Below are positions 22,867 to 34,124 of a DNA stretch of 64,000 nucleotides, piece by piece; the first letter of the stretch is position 1, and every line of letters begins with the position of its first letter. A program made the translations under genes and the position numbers. Below the pieces are notes generated by a model. That model worked only from the letters and a program-made list of their open reading frames with translations. It ran no database searches and was not told where the DNA came from. The stretch covers positions 12,325,183 through 12,389,182 of the forward strand of contig NC_068998.1 of NCBI RefSeq assembly GCF_001194135.2. Reading direction: 5' to 3'. Source of the DNA: Octopus bimaculoides (Eukaryota).

Positions 22867-24126
22867 GAAAAATGTTTTTCCAATAACTCAGTTGAGGTAA
22901 AAAAATAATTTGAATGTTTTTCTCAAGTTTATTGACAATTCAAAAACCCCTGCCAAAAGTGATTACAAACTTCTTACTCAAGATATCTCATAAAGAGGCC
23001 TTTTTTATTCGCACACCTTCCCCCCCCCCCCCACAGTACTATAGAGCAGTGTAACGAACTGTAGCTTTATAATATTAGTGAATCATCGCCTATAGGAACG
23101 ATACTATAACAGACAGGAGTCACAGCACAAATGTTCTTACAGCGACTCCTAGCAGAAATTTTCTACGAATTTTGCTATCATTATTTTCCCTTTTTCAGAA
23201 TTGTTTCTAGTCTGATTAAAAAAAAAACAGTCCCAGATTCTCAAGTATCTTGCTGTATTGATTATTTGGGGATGTAATTAAAGATTTGGTATAGATATAA
23301 TAAAAAATTATGACATCAGAATGATTACACTACGTCATGATTCAAACCTCATTTTCAACTTGAAAACATTTCCATCTGGCAGAACTTACCAGGAAATCGA
23401 AGGTTTTTTTGTTCACAAAAATAGAAATTCGAACTTCTTTAGCACTGTAGCTAAAATCTTATGGGATCTATCACTCACTTATCCAAAAGATGTTACTCTC
23501 CTGAATGTTGGTATCTTTTTCTTCTATTTTAATATATAATCCTTTTCTTTTTTTTTCAGATTTCTGTTAAGATAAATCTGTCCTGATGTCATGAGATTTC
23601 AGTAATATAATTATATTCTGTATTTTTTGGGAACAGTTTACTTTCTATTCCTATAACGGTGTTGTTTATATATTACTACACATAGAGAGAGGAGTCGATT
23701 TTAACACAATCGGTAAACTTTATACAAATGTTTAAACTATTTGTAGATGCGAGAAAGTTTTCAACCACAATGCGTTCTGATTAATAAACTGAAAAATCTT
23801 TTATGTACTGAGAAACAACTATATCATAAATCAGTAGAAATGCCACAATCACTCACTAATCCAGAAGATGTTACTATCTTCGATGCTGGTATCTTTTTCC
23901 GCTAGGAGTCGCGACATGAACATTTATGGTACCTTATCTTTTGCTTTTGCTATTGAAGTGATTCCTCCCGAGATGTCTCAGAGTGCATGTACTACTTGAT
24001 GCGTAGAAAAACTTAATTCGTTTCCGTCTTTGTTGGATTAGCTCGTATGACAAAGAATTGCCATCCAATTTTACAAAATTCTCACATCTAGATTTTTTCC
24101 TTGTAAAAGTACTTCTTTCTACTAAA

Positions 24127-24293
24127 GGTGCAAAGCCTGGAACTGGGGGAAAGTCGATCACATCAACTCCAGTACATAATTTATCGACCTCGAAAGTATG
24201 AAAGGCAAAGTCGACCTCAGGACATAAAGACGGATGAAATACCGCTAAGCATTTTGCCCGGCGTGCTAACCATTCTGTCAGCTCATTACCTTT
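24127..24293 (-). mobile_element. SINE family A with internal deletion
   Basis: Reverse complement of the family A head and middle. Confidence 0.8.
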
Positions 24294-24816
24294 TTTTCTT
24301 GTAACAATAATAGTTCTAAAAATTCCATATGTTCATTTCCCACGGAAGGAAGGTTTGTTTTAAAACAGTAGCTATATGAGAAGACTATAGTTGTTGCAAT
24401 CGTATACGAGTCACTCCGGCTATTGTTGTTGTTATTACTGTCACCAAATTCCAAATTACATATTTAAGTATCTGGGATATTTTCATCTATTAAATGCTCA
24501 CTTTACCGTTATTTTTCTACTCCTTATTATACATATGGGTGTGTTGTTTCTTTGACACAGTATTGTTCTTTCGTGTAGTATCCATTTTGATTGTGAAAGT
24601 GTAACGTGTAAATTAAATTTAAAAGTGTATGAAGCAGACGGTCTTTCTTGTCTACTACGGGGAACGAAAACTGCTCTTTTCTAACGAAGTTTAGTAGAGT
24701 CCTTGATTTTTTTCTTATACTTTTACAAGAACTCCAAATAAGATTTCATTTGGTAATGATTGAATAAAACGTGTTTGGAAGACAGAAGCAAAAACGACAT
24801 CAACACAAGTGTCAAA

Positions 24817-24886
24817 TAGCAGCAGCAGCAGCAGTAGCATCATCATCATCATCATCAGCAGTAGTAGTAGTAGTAGTAGTAGTAGC
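24817..24886. repeat. Compound (AGC)n(ATC)n(AGT)n trinucleotide repeat
   Basis: Seen directly. Confidence 0.95.
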
Positions 24887-24904
24887 AGAATGGTGGAGTC
24901 GGAG

Positions 24905-25227
24905 ACTAGCAAAATCCTCTGGAATTTTCCAATCCAAACAAATCAGGCATCTCGTGGTGGTGGACAAAATGTACCACATATGCTAAATAGTTGATGTTGT
25001 ATGCCCCTTTGACCCACGAAAAGTCAAGAAGGTAGGTGAAAAGATAGATAAATACAACCCTCTTAAATACGAAATAACCCGGCTGTGGAAAATGAAGAAG
25101 GGAACAGTATCAGAAGGCATCAAGGGGAGTGTAAAGGAAATTGGAATAGAGTGCCCAGTAGAACTGTTACAAAAGGCTTGCCACCTTGGCACGGCCAGAA
25201 TAACGAGGAAAGTATTAGATAAGTGAA
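24905..25227 (+). mobile_element. RLE LINE 3' fragment
   Basis: HLVVVDKMYHIC...DVVCPFD...KIDKYNPLKYEITRLWKM...ELLQKACHLGTARITRKVLDK*. Confidence 0.8.
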
Positions 25228-25259
25228 AAGAATGGATAGCATGGTACCGTAGAAGACAA

Positions 25260-28200
25260 TAAAACTAAAATAAGACAATAAAAGTAATGGCAGCATGACA
25301 GATGAACAAAAGGCAATCTACGACAGAATAGAGGCAAGACTACAGGAGAACGATAACGACATTATTTGCAACCTTAAAAAGGTTGATCGATGGAAATTGA
25401 ACCAAGAAACGAAAAATGCCAATGAAATTCTGAAATACATCAGAACAAACAACATCACAGAAACAAATAATTTGATCAAGGCAGTAAGTATTCGTACTCT
25501 ATATTAGATAATATAGAGCAGTAAGTATTGCTGTAACAGAAAACGTGGGTGTTGATGTCAAGAAAAAGAAACATAATAGGATGCTCTCGAAGGAAATCTG
25601 TGTTAGACCGAAAAGAGAAAGGGGAGCTTAAAAGCGAACAAAAATACAGGGCGCTGAAAAGGAAGTATAATATTGAAAGAAAGGGCCTGAAAGTAGTAAT
25701 GGAGGAACTGAAGCAGTGCCTTGTTGCAAAGAAAGTAAAGATGGTAAGATACGACCAAAGAATGAAGGGACACCACCAGAATAGGTTATTCAGAGAGGAT
25801 CAGAAGAGATTCTATAAAGAAATAAATGGAGGGTGTACAGATGAAAAGTTGATACCAGATAACAATGAAAGTTAAATGTTTTGGAGTGACATCTGGAGCA
25901 AAGACAAGGAGCACAAATAGAATGCTGAATGACTGCAAGAACTGAAACAAACAGTAGTCTGTCCAAAACAGGCAGAACTAGTCATTTCAGTTAGGGAAGT
26001 GAAGGAAATCAGCAAAAAAAAAAAAAAAAAAAAATGAGCAACTGCAAGGCCCCGGGACCAGATAGAGTTCAAGGCCACTGGATCAAAAGATTTGGTGAAT
26101 GTCATGCACGAATAGCTGCACAACTCAACACCTTTTTAAATGCCGACCAAGTAACACCAGAGTGGTTGACAATGGGTAGGACAGTGCTGAGGTCGATATC
26201 CTGTTTACAACTTATGTGGAAGTTATTGACTGGAATACTCACAGAGTCATTGTACGAACATCTGGAAAAAAATGGAGTCCTGCCACATGAGCAGAAGGGT
26301 TGCAAGCGTAAATGCAAAGGTACCAAGGATCAGTTCCTGATAGACAAAACTGCAAGATAGACAAGACTGCAAGAGGAGGAAAAGTAACTTAGCCATGTCA
26401 TGGATCGACTATCGTAAGGAGTACGATATGATTCCACATTCTTGGATTATGGAATGTATGAACCTATTTGGTATTGCATCGAATGTTAAGTGATTGCTTG
26501 GAAAAAGTATGACGAGTTGGAGGACAGACCTGAGAGTATACGGAAGCAGTTTAGGGACAGTAGAAATTAGGAGGGGCATCTTCCAAGGGGACTGCCTGTC
26601 CCCACTGATCTTTGTACTGAGCTTGATACCACTAACACTGATTCTGAGGAAAGCAAAAGCTGGGTATTTGTTCAAAAGCCTCTAACAAAATGTCAACCAC
26701 TTATTCTTCATGGATAACCTCAAACTTTATGGTAAAGGTGAAGCCCAAGTCAGTTCCCTTGCTGATACGGTGTATAACTTCAGTGCTGATATCAGAATGG
26801 TGTTGGGACTGAGAAAGTGTGATGTGTTAGTAATGAAGAGAAGCAAAATCAAATGTATGGACGGGCTAACGATACGGGGAGGTTATGTATGGACGGGTTA
26901 ACGGTCGGGGGGTGGGGTTATGAAGCAGATAGAAGAGACGGGCTATAAGTACTTGGGAATTTTGGAAATGGATAAATTGATGGAGGAAGAAATGACAGAA
27001 AAATTTAAGGTAGAGTACATGCGCAGACTGAGACTGATCCTTCAGTCAAAATTAAACGGACGGAATAAGATTTAAGCTATCAACACCTTAGATATGGAGC
27101 AAGGGTAATCGCATGGACATTAGACGAACTAAACAGCTTGGACAGAAAGAGAAGGAAGTTGCTAACTAGATATGGGACACTACACCCCAAAAGTGACGCA
27201 GAGACTGTATGTACCAAGAAAAAGAGGGGGAGAGGACTTATTGTATGCAAACACAGTATTAGAACAGAAAAAAAAACAACATAGCATGGTATGTAAAAAA
27301 TGCTACAGAACGGCTATTATTAGAAGCAAGAGAGTCAGGCTTGTGTAGGATGAAAGATTGTTAAGGTAAAGCACTGTACAAGAAATTGAAAACGAATGAA
27401 ACTGAAAATAAAAGGGTAAAGAAAAGAATGCATGGTCAATCTCATAGGGTTGTTAAAGATAAGACAGACAGAGAAAAAGATGGCTGTGGCTGACTAAAAG
27501 TGATTTAAAACCGGAAATGGAGGCTCTAATCTGTGCTGTCCAAGAGCAAGCACTTAGAACAAACTACATAAAAAATAAACTAGACAACACACCAGAAAGT
27601 GATAAGTGCAGACTTTGTGGACAAAATGGTGAAACCGTATGGCATACTACCAGCCAATGTACGCCACTAGCCCAGAAGGAATATAAGAGATGCTACGACA
27701 ATATAGCAAGGCTTATCTATTGGACACTTTGCAACAAGTATGAACTTGACAGAGCAAAAAATTGGTACGACCACAAACCCGAAGGCACCGTCGAAAATAA
27801 AAATGCAAAAATCCTATAGGATTTTATGATTCAGTGCGACCATAAGATAGAGAATAGGAAGCCAGACATAATCTTAATTGAAAAAGAAAACAAACGATGC
27901 TGGATCATAGATATAGCATGCCCAGCTGACTACAAGGTATGCGATAAGGAAGAAAGAAATGTTGAGAGATATGACAGGTTAACTTGGGAAGTTAAGCAGT
28001 TGTAGTCGATGAAAAAGGTAGCAGTAGTACCAATAATAGTTGGAAGCCTGGGAACTGTGAGTAAAAATCTCGAGAAGTACATGGAACAAATCGGGGCTGC
28101 AATAAGGGTGGAGCACTTGCAGAAAACAGTACTGCTTGGAACCGCCCGAATACTCCGGAAAGTGCTCGAAATATAAGAGGTGTTACCTTAGTTCACTGGT

Positions 28201-28290
28201 AGTGAACAGAAGACACCGCAGTACATCTCCAGCGTTAGAAGCTGTGCAAAGGCAATAATAATAATAATAATGATGATGATAATAATAACA
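25260..28290 (+). mobile_element. R4/Dong-like LINE, ~3 kb, dead (RT, CCHC, RLE, TAA tail)
   Basis: [41 protein letters not shown], catalytic YMDD changed to FMDN, CRLCGQNGETVWHTTSQC knuckle, KPDIILIEKENKRCWIIDIACP endonuclease, (AAT)n tail at ~28254-28288; many stops and frameshifts. Confidence 0.95.
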
Positions 28291-29089
28291 GCTTACTTTT
28301 TTTTACCGCAAGGGGTCGAAGGATACCATGTGGTTTATATACTATATTTTGTCAATTGTCAATTTCTGTTCAACATTTACTAAGATCACAGCGTACGTAG
28401 TCATGCATATGACTTGCCTACTCTCTCATCTTAACCGTTCATATATATATATATATATAATACAAAGAACATATATATACATGTATACACAGAGAGGATG
28501 GTGGAGGGAGGAAGTGGAACAAGGAGGAAGGGACAGAAGGGTATAGCAGTGAAGTAGAGGCCAGGACAACAGAAGGGAGCAGAGCGAGAGGGGGAGATGG
28601 GTAAGAAGAAAGATAGATAGGTAGGTAAATAGAGGATAGGTAGAAAGATAGAGAAAGAGAGAGGATGGTAGGGAGGGGAAGTGGAACAAGGNNNNNNNNN
28701 NNNNNNNNNNNNNNNNNNNNNNNNNNNNNNNNNNNNNNNNNNNNNNNNNNNNNNNNNNNNNNNNNNNNNNNNNNNNNNNNNNNNNNNNNNNNNNNNNNNN
28801 NNNNNNNNNNNNNNNNNNNNNNNNNNNNNNNNNNNNNNNNNNNNNNNNNNNNNNNNNNNNNNNNNNNNNNNNNNNNNNNNNNNNNNNNNNNNNNNNNNNN
28901 NNNNNNNNNNNNNNNNNNNNNNNNNNNNNNNNNNNNNNNNNNNNNNNNNNNNNNNNNNNNNNNNNNNNNNNNNNNNNNNNNNNNNNNNNNNNNNNNNNNN
29001 NNNNNNNNNNNNNNNNNNNNNNNNNNNNNNNNNNNNNNNNNNNNNNNNNNNNNNNNNNNNNNNNNNNNNNNNNNNNNNNNNNNACAATG

Positions 29090-29420
29090 AACTACAGACA
29101 ACGGAACGAACACATAGGAAAACAGAAAGCCACTTGGAATATTCCTTCATCAGCTGCCTCTATTCTAACCTGACGTTTCGAAGATAAGACAGAACGTACT
29201 CTAGAATAGTCTCTTCCTGAGTAGTGGATCAACCCACTACACAGAGGATTCCAAGGTGGCAAACACAAACCAAGACAGGAAAAATTGGACAGTGAAAACA
29301 ACATTCAAAAGCCGTACGGCCAAACGCGAATCTGAGGTAGAACGCTAGTAGTCCGTCTTGCCTTCACAGCGGCTGGAGTGAAAAGAAAGCTGACCACAGG
29401 TCACACGAGAGCAGAGAGGA
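29090..29420 (-). mobile_element. Possible Penelope-like terminal-repeat remnant
   Basis: Minus strand carries GAAACGTC and CTGATGA motifs typical of Penelope pLTR hammerheads; no protein motif was recognised. Confidence 0.3.
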
Positions 29421-29682
29421 TGGTGGATATGTATGTATATGTATATGTATTTGCTAAGAGCAAATACACTGCAGTTGCCATAGAGAAAAAAATTCTCTTA
29501 AGGTAAAAAGGTGTGAGAACATCCAGTTTGTTGAGTGTCGCTATCTCTCGAGAATCTCAGACATCGATGCCTTTAGCAGTTGAAATATGTGACAAACATA
29601 TTTCAACTAACCTAAATTCTGCTCATACTTAACACTGCTTTGCGTCTATGTTCCGTTTATATGTATATATTTTTTATTTTTT

Positions 29683-29948
29683 ATGCGCCCTTTAAAAGCC
29701 AAGCCAGGCTCATGGGCCCGATTTTCCGGGTTCTATGGCGTATGTGTTCCCCCCAGCTGGACGGGACGCCAGTCCATCGCAGCGTTACTCAAGAAACAGG
29801 AAGAAAGAGTGAGAGAAAGTTGGAGCGAAAGAGTACAACAGGGGTCACCACCACCCCCTGCCGGAGCCTCGTGGAGCTTTTAGATGTTTTCGCTCAATAA
29901 ACACACACAACGCCCGGTCTGGGAATCGAAACCGCGATCCTCCGACCG
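29683..29948 (-). mobile_element. SINE family C, head truncated
   Basis: Highly similar to 20890-21150. Confidence 0.9.
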
Positions 29949-30294
29949 AGGATAAAATAGTATCGGTGGTTATAATGGCGACAGGAGCGGTATGATGTGT
30001 GATGCTGAGGTGATGGTGGTAATAGTGTTAGTTGTGTGGTGGTAGTAATGTAGTGGTTATACTGGTTGTGGTGGTGAAAGTGACTGTCAAAGTAACCGTC
30101 ATGATAACGTTGATGGCGGTGTATGTGGTTGAAGTAGAAGCAATGACAATGCTGCTGATGATGTTGGTGGTTGTGGTGGTGGTGATTGTGATATGGTGGT
30201 AGTAGTGGTGGTAGTGGTAGTCATCGTCGTCGTCGTAGTGCTGCTCCTTCTGGTTTGGTGGAGGTCTGCGCTCTCCGAGTGCTTTTCGAGTTTT

Positions 30295-31003
30295 TAACAA
30301 AACTTAAGGGTTGATGGAAGACTGAACAGTGTAGGCTATCTGCAATATTTAAATAATCAGACACCACCGGGATCTATTTTCCAGTAGGACAATTGCCCCG
30401 TTCAAAAGACTGGGAGAGTTCTGCAACATTTTGAGCGCAATAGTATGGTGGTTATTGAGTGGCTTCCGCAGTGCCCGGATTTGAATCCGATAGAAAATTT
30501 ATGGAATTATGTTTCTAAAAGAGTTCATGCTAAAAAAAAACAAAAAAAAAAACACACACAAACAAAAAAACAACAACAAATTTGTCCCAATTGAATAATT
30601 TTATTGAAGAAGTATGGCAGAACATTCCAAGTGATTTTTGTGCTCATTTGTCGAACTCCATGTCTCTCCGTTGAAAGGCTGTAATTGAAATTAATGACTA
30701 TGGAACAAGTTATAAATAATAAATTTTTGTTCGTTGATCATTTGAGCCGTAGATTTTCAATTTAAACAAAATAATGTTGGTACAGTCTTAAACTTATTTT
30801 GCCGACAATTTCTAATCATTTGGATTAATTGCGCATTAAAATTATTTGAAAGGTAGAAAGATATATAACGTCTATATCATTTGAAAGAGATAAAATTCTA
30901 CATACACAGTAAAAAGTAAAATAGTTTTATACAGTTTTGTTAAAAATATATTAACGAAGGAATAGAACTGTCATCATCGGTCTTAAACTTATTTTGGCAA
31001 GTG
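30295..31003 (+). mobile_element. Tc1-family transposon, 3' half with IR/DR-type right end
   Basis: VDGRLNSVGY...IFQ*DNCP...WLPQCPDLNPIENLW; direct repeat GTCTTAAACTTATTTTG at 30785-30801 and 30980-30996; ends GTG followed by TA. Confidence 0.85.
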
Positions 31004-31009
31004 TATGTG

Positions 31010-31051
<42 letters not shown>

Positions 31052-32585
31052 NNNNNNNNNNNNNNNNNNNNNNNNNNNNNNNNNNNNNNNNNNNNNNNNN
31101 NNNNNNNNNNNNNNNNNNNNNNNNNNNNNNNNNNNNNNNNNNNNNNNNNNNNNNNNNNNNNNNNNNNNNNNNNNNNNNNNNNNNNNNNNNNNNNNNNNNN
31201 NNNNNNNNNNNNNNNNNNNNNNNNNNNNNNNNNNNNNNNNNNNNNNNNNNNNNNNNNNNNNNNNNNNNNNNNNNNNNNNNNNNNNNNNNNNNNNNNNNNN
31301 NNNNNNNNNNNNNNNNNNNNNNNNNNNNNNNNNNNNNNNNNNNNNNNNNNNNNNNNNNNNNNNNNNNNNNNNNNNNNNNNNNNNNNNNNNNNNNNNNNNN
31401 NNNNNNNNNNNNNNNNNNNNNNNNNNNNNNNNNNNNNNNNNNNNNNNNNNNNNNNNNNNNNNNNNNNNNNNNNNNNNNNNNNNNNNNNNNNNNNNNNNNN
31501 NNNNNNNNNNNNNNNNNNNNNNNNNNNNNNNNNNNNNNNNNNNNNNNNNNNNNNNNNNNNNNNNNNNNNNNNNNNNNNNNNNNNNNNNNNNNNNNNNNNN
31601 NNNNNNNNNNNNNNNNNNNNNNNNNNNNNNNNNNNNNNNNNNNNNNNNNNNNNNNNNNNNNNNNNNNNNNNNNNNNNNNNNNNNNNNNNNNNNNNNNNNN
31701 NNNNNNNNNNNNNNNNNNNNNNNNNNNNNNNNNNNNNNNNNNNNNNNNNNNNNNNNNNNNNNNNNNNNNNNNNNNNNNNNNNNNNNNNNNNNNNNNNNNN
31801 NNNNNNNNNNNNNNNNNNNNNNNNNNNNNNNNNNNNNNNNNNNNNNNNNNNNNNNNNNNNNNNNNNNNNNNNNNNNNNNNNNNNNNNNNNNNNNNNNNNN
31901 NNNNNNNNNNNNNNNNNNNNNNNNNNNNNNNNNNNNNNNNNNNNNNNNNNNNNNNNNNNNNNNNNNNNNNNNNNNNNNNNNNNNNNNNNNNNNNNNNNNN
32001 NNNNNNNNNNNNNNNNNNNNNNNNNNNNNNNNNNNNNNNNNNNTATATATATATATATTCACAAATATAAGGTTTATATATTATCTCTTCTTAATTTTTG
32101 ATTGATGTTTGACCATTTAATATCCAAAATGTATCTACACAAATATTTATCCATAAAAAAATTATGAATTATTACTCTGCCTATTTTTTGTTATAGATAT
32201 ATTATTTGTTAGCCATTCAGAAACACACAATATCTATTAACTTCACTTAAAAACATTTGTTATTTGTAATATAGTGATATTGTGTAATATTGTCAGTGAT
32301 CAGGTTGCAGTTCATGCAACGAAAATTTTGACAGCATGTAACAAATAATAAATGCTTAAGGGAAACAAACGCTCTCTGTGTGTTTTGAATGGATAATATT
32401 TGTCTTGCAAACTGAAACTGTTTTAGTCTCAACACACGATGTCAGATGAAATTACTTGCCCGGCAAGGACATCTCCGAAATAGTTTTTTCTTATATAAAT
32501 CTTAGTAGACTTAATATTTCAGGGTAACATTTAACATTTCATTTCAAACAACATTTTGAACTAAAATATCTAAAATATTTATGCA

Positions 32586-32607
32586 TCACCGATTTCTATC
32601 TTTCCAG
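32586..32607 (+). promoter_or_regulatory. 3' splice acceptor upstream of GPCR copy 4
   Basis: CACCGATTTCTATCTTTCCAG, 64 nt before the ATG; nearly identical to CACCGTTTCCTATCTTTGTAG in front of copy 2. Confidence 0.65.
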
Positions 32608-32671
32608 GAAATAAACCAAAAAGCTGTCTTTAAACTTTGAAGCGACATTCCCAAGAAGGTGGAAAAAAAAA

Positions 32672-33754
32672 ATGGAACAAAATAAAAGCATCAACGAATG
32701 TGTTATTAGTGTAGAAAAATTGAATGCTGATATTGTGAATGCTTATCTTCCTATAATAATGTTTCTAACAATTTCTATGATAATTGGAGGAACTGGAAAT
32801 TTCTTTGTAACCTATATATACTATCATAAATTTTATCCAAACGCTACAAAATTATTTATTGTAACACTTTCAATATGCGATTTTCTAATTTGCATAGTAT
32901 GTATACCTATGGAACTTATCGTTCTATATTATTCTTACATTTTTGAGAGTGATGTTGCATGTCGTGCGATACGCTTTTGTGTTTGTCTAGCCATAATCAC
33001 TTCAGCTCTGATTGTATTTAGTATAGCAATCGATAGATACTTGCTTATATGTAAGCCTCTTAAAAAAAAAATTAGCATTCGCAAAGCAAAGAAAATTCTG
33101 ACAGTTTTAATCACCATTTCCTTTATTTTGAGTATACCAACACTTTTTTTGTACGGCCAACAGATCAGAATGATCAGACAATGTGGAAATATAGCAAAAG
33201 ATTGTTCTATTTCTTCAAATGTAATTGACACAGTCTATCCTGTAATCTATCATATTATTCTGGCAACCGCTTGTTATTCGTTATTTATTTTTATCTTAGT
33301 AGTATACATACTGATTGGAAAGAGTATTTGGAACACTTACACAGCCAAGAATTTTAAAAGAAGTAGTATTTTTGACATTTCAATCACAACTGAACCCTCT
33401 ACCCAAAATGAAGGCATGTCCACTGATATATGTCCAATAAAGCGCTCGTTCTCTTTAGTGAGTGTTAAAAGAGCGTCAATGAATCCAGTTAGAACCAGTT
33501 TCATTTTGTTGACCATTACTTTGGTCTGGATGGTGACTTATTTACCACATTTCGCTGGAGCATTCTTGAAGGTGTCTACTAAAAATTTTACCAATATTAC
33601 AAGTCATAAAGACCATGCCATTTACAAATCGTTACTGTATTCTTTTTATCTCAGCTCTGCTATTAACCCACTTCTTTATGGACTTTTTTCTAAAAGGTTT
33701 CGAAAAGAAATGCGCTTGCTATTTAAGACACTTTTCTCACGAGGTACGCAATAA
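32672..33754 (+). CDS. GPCR copy 4: intact class A orphan GPCR, 360 aa, single coding exon
   Basis: GN (TM1), LSICD (TM2), C3.25, DRY at 33032-33040, ECL2 Cys, YLPHF (TM6), NPLLY then FSKRFR; sequons NKS, NFT, NIT; colinear with copy 3. Confidence 0.95.
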   Translation: MEQNKSINECVISVEKLNADIVNAYLPIIMFLTISMIIGGTGNFFVTYIYYHKFYPNATKLFIVTLSICDFLICIVCIPMELIVLYYSYIFESDVACRAIRFCVCLAIITSALIVFSIAIDRYLLICKPLKKKISIRKAKKILTVLITISFILSIPTLFLYGQQIRMIRQCGNIAKDCSISSNVIDTVYPVIYHIILATACYSLFIFILVVYILIGKSIWNTYTAKNFKRSSIFDISITTEPSTQNEGMSTDICPIKRSFSLVSVKRASMNPVRTSFILLTITLVWMVTYLPHFAGAFLKVSTKNFTNITSHKDHAIYKSLLYSFYLSSAINPLLYGLFSKRFRKEMRLLFKTLFSRGTQ

Positions 33755-34124
33755 AATATCAAATCTTCTTAAATTCATCTCTTTTATAATCATTTACAAG
33801 TGGTACATGTTTTTTTAAATGCAGCTACACGTTCAAACAAGTAATTTTTCTTTCAAACGATTGCTATTCATGATTCGTTCAAATGAAACAATTCCTGATA
33901 TCGTATTAAAACAAACAAAAGAATATCAGATTACGTAGATATAAGGATCTAAAACAAAGAGTATTCGATGATTATGGAGTAATATACACAATTTTGGACT
34001 AGTAAGTGTTACATTTGATCACAGTTTAGTTTCGTATTCTAGTTTAATATTTTAGTTTAGTTTAATATTCGGTGGCTTTATAGAACTTTGGATTTATATT
34101 TCTCTCAAAAGAATCGTGTATTCC

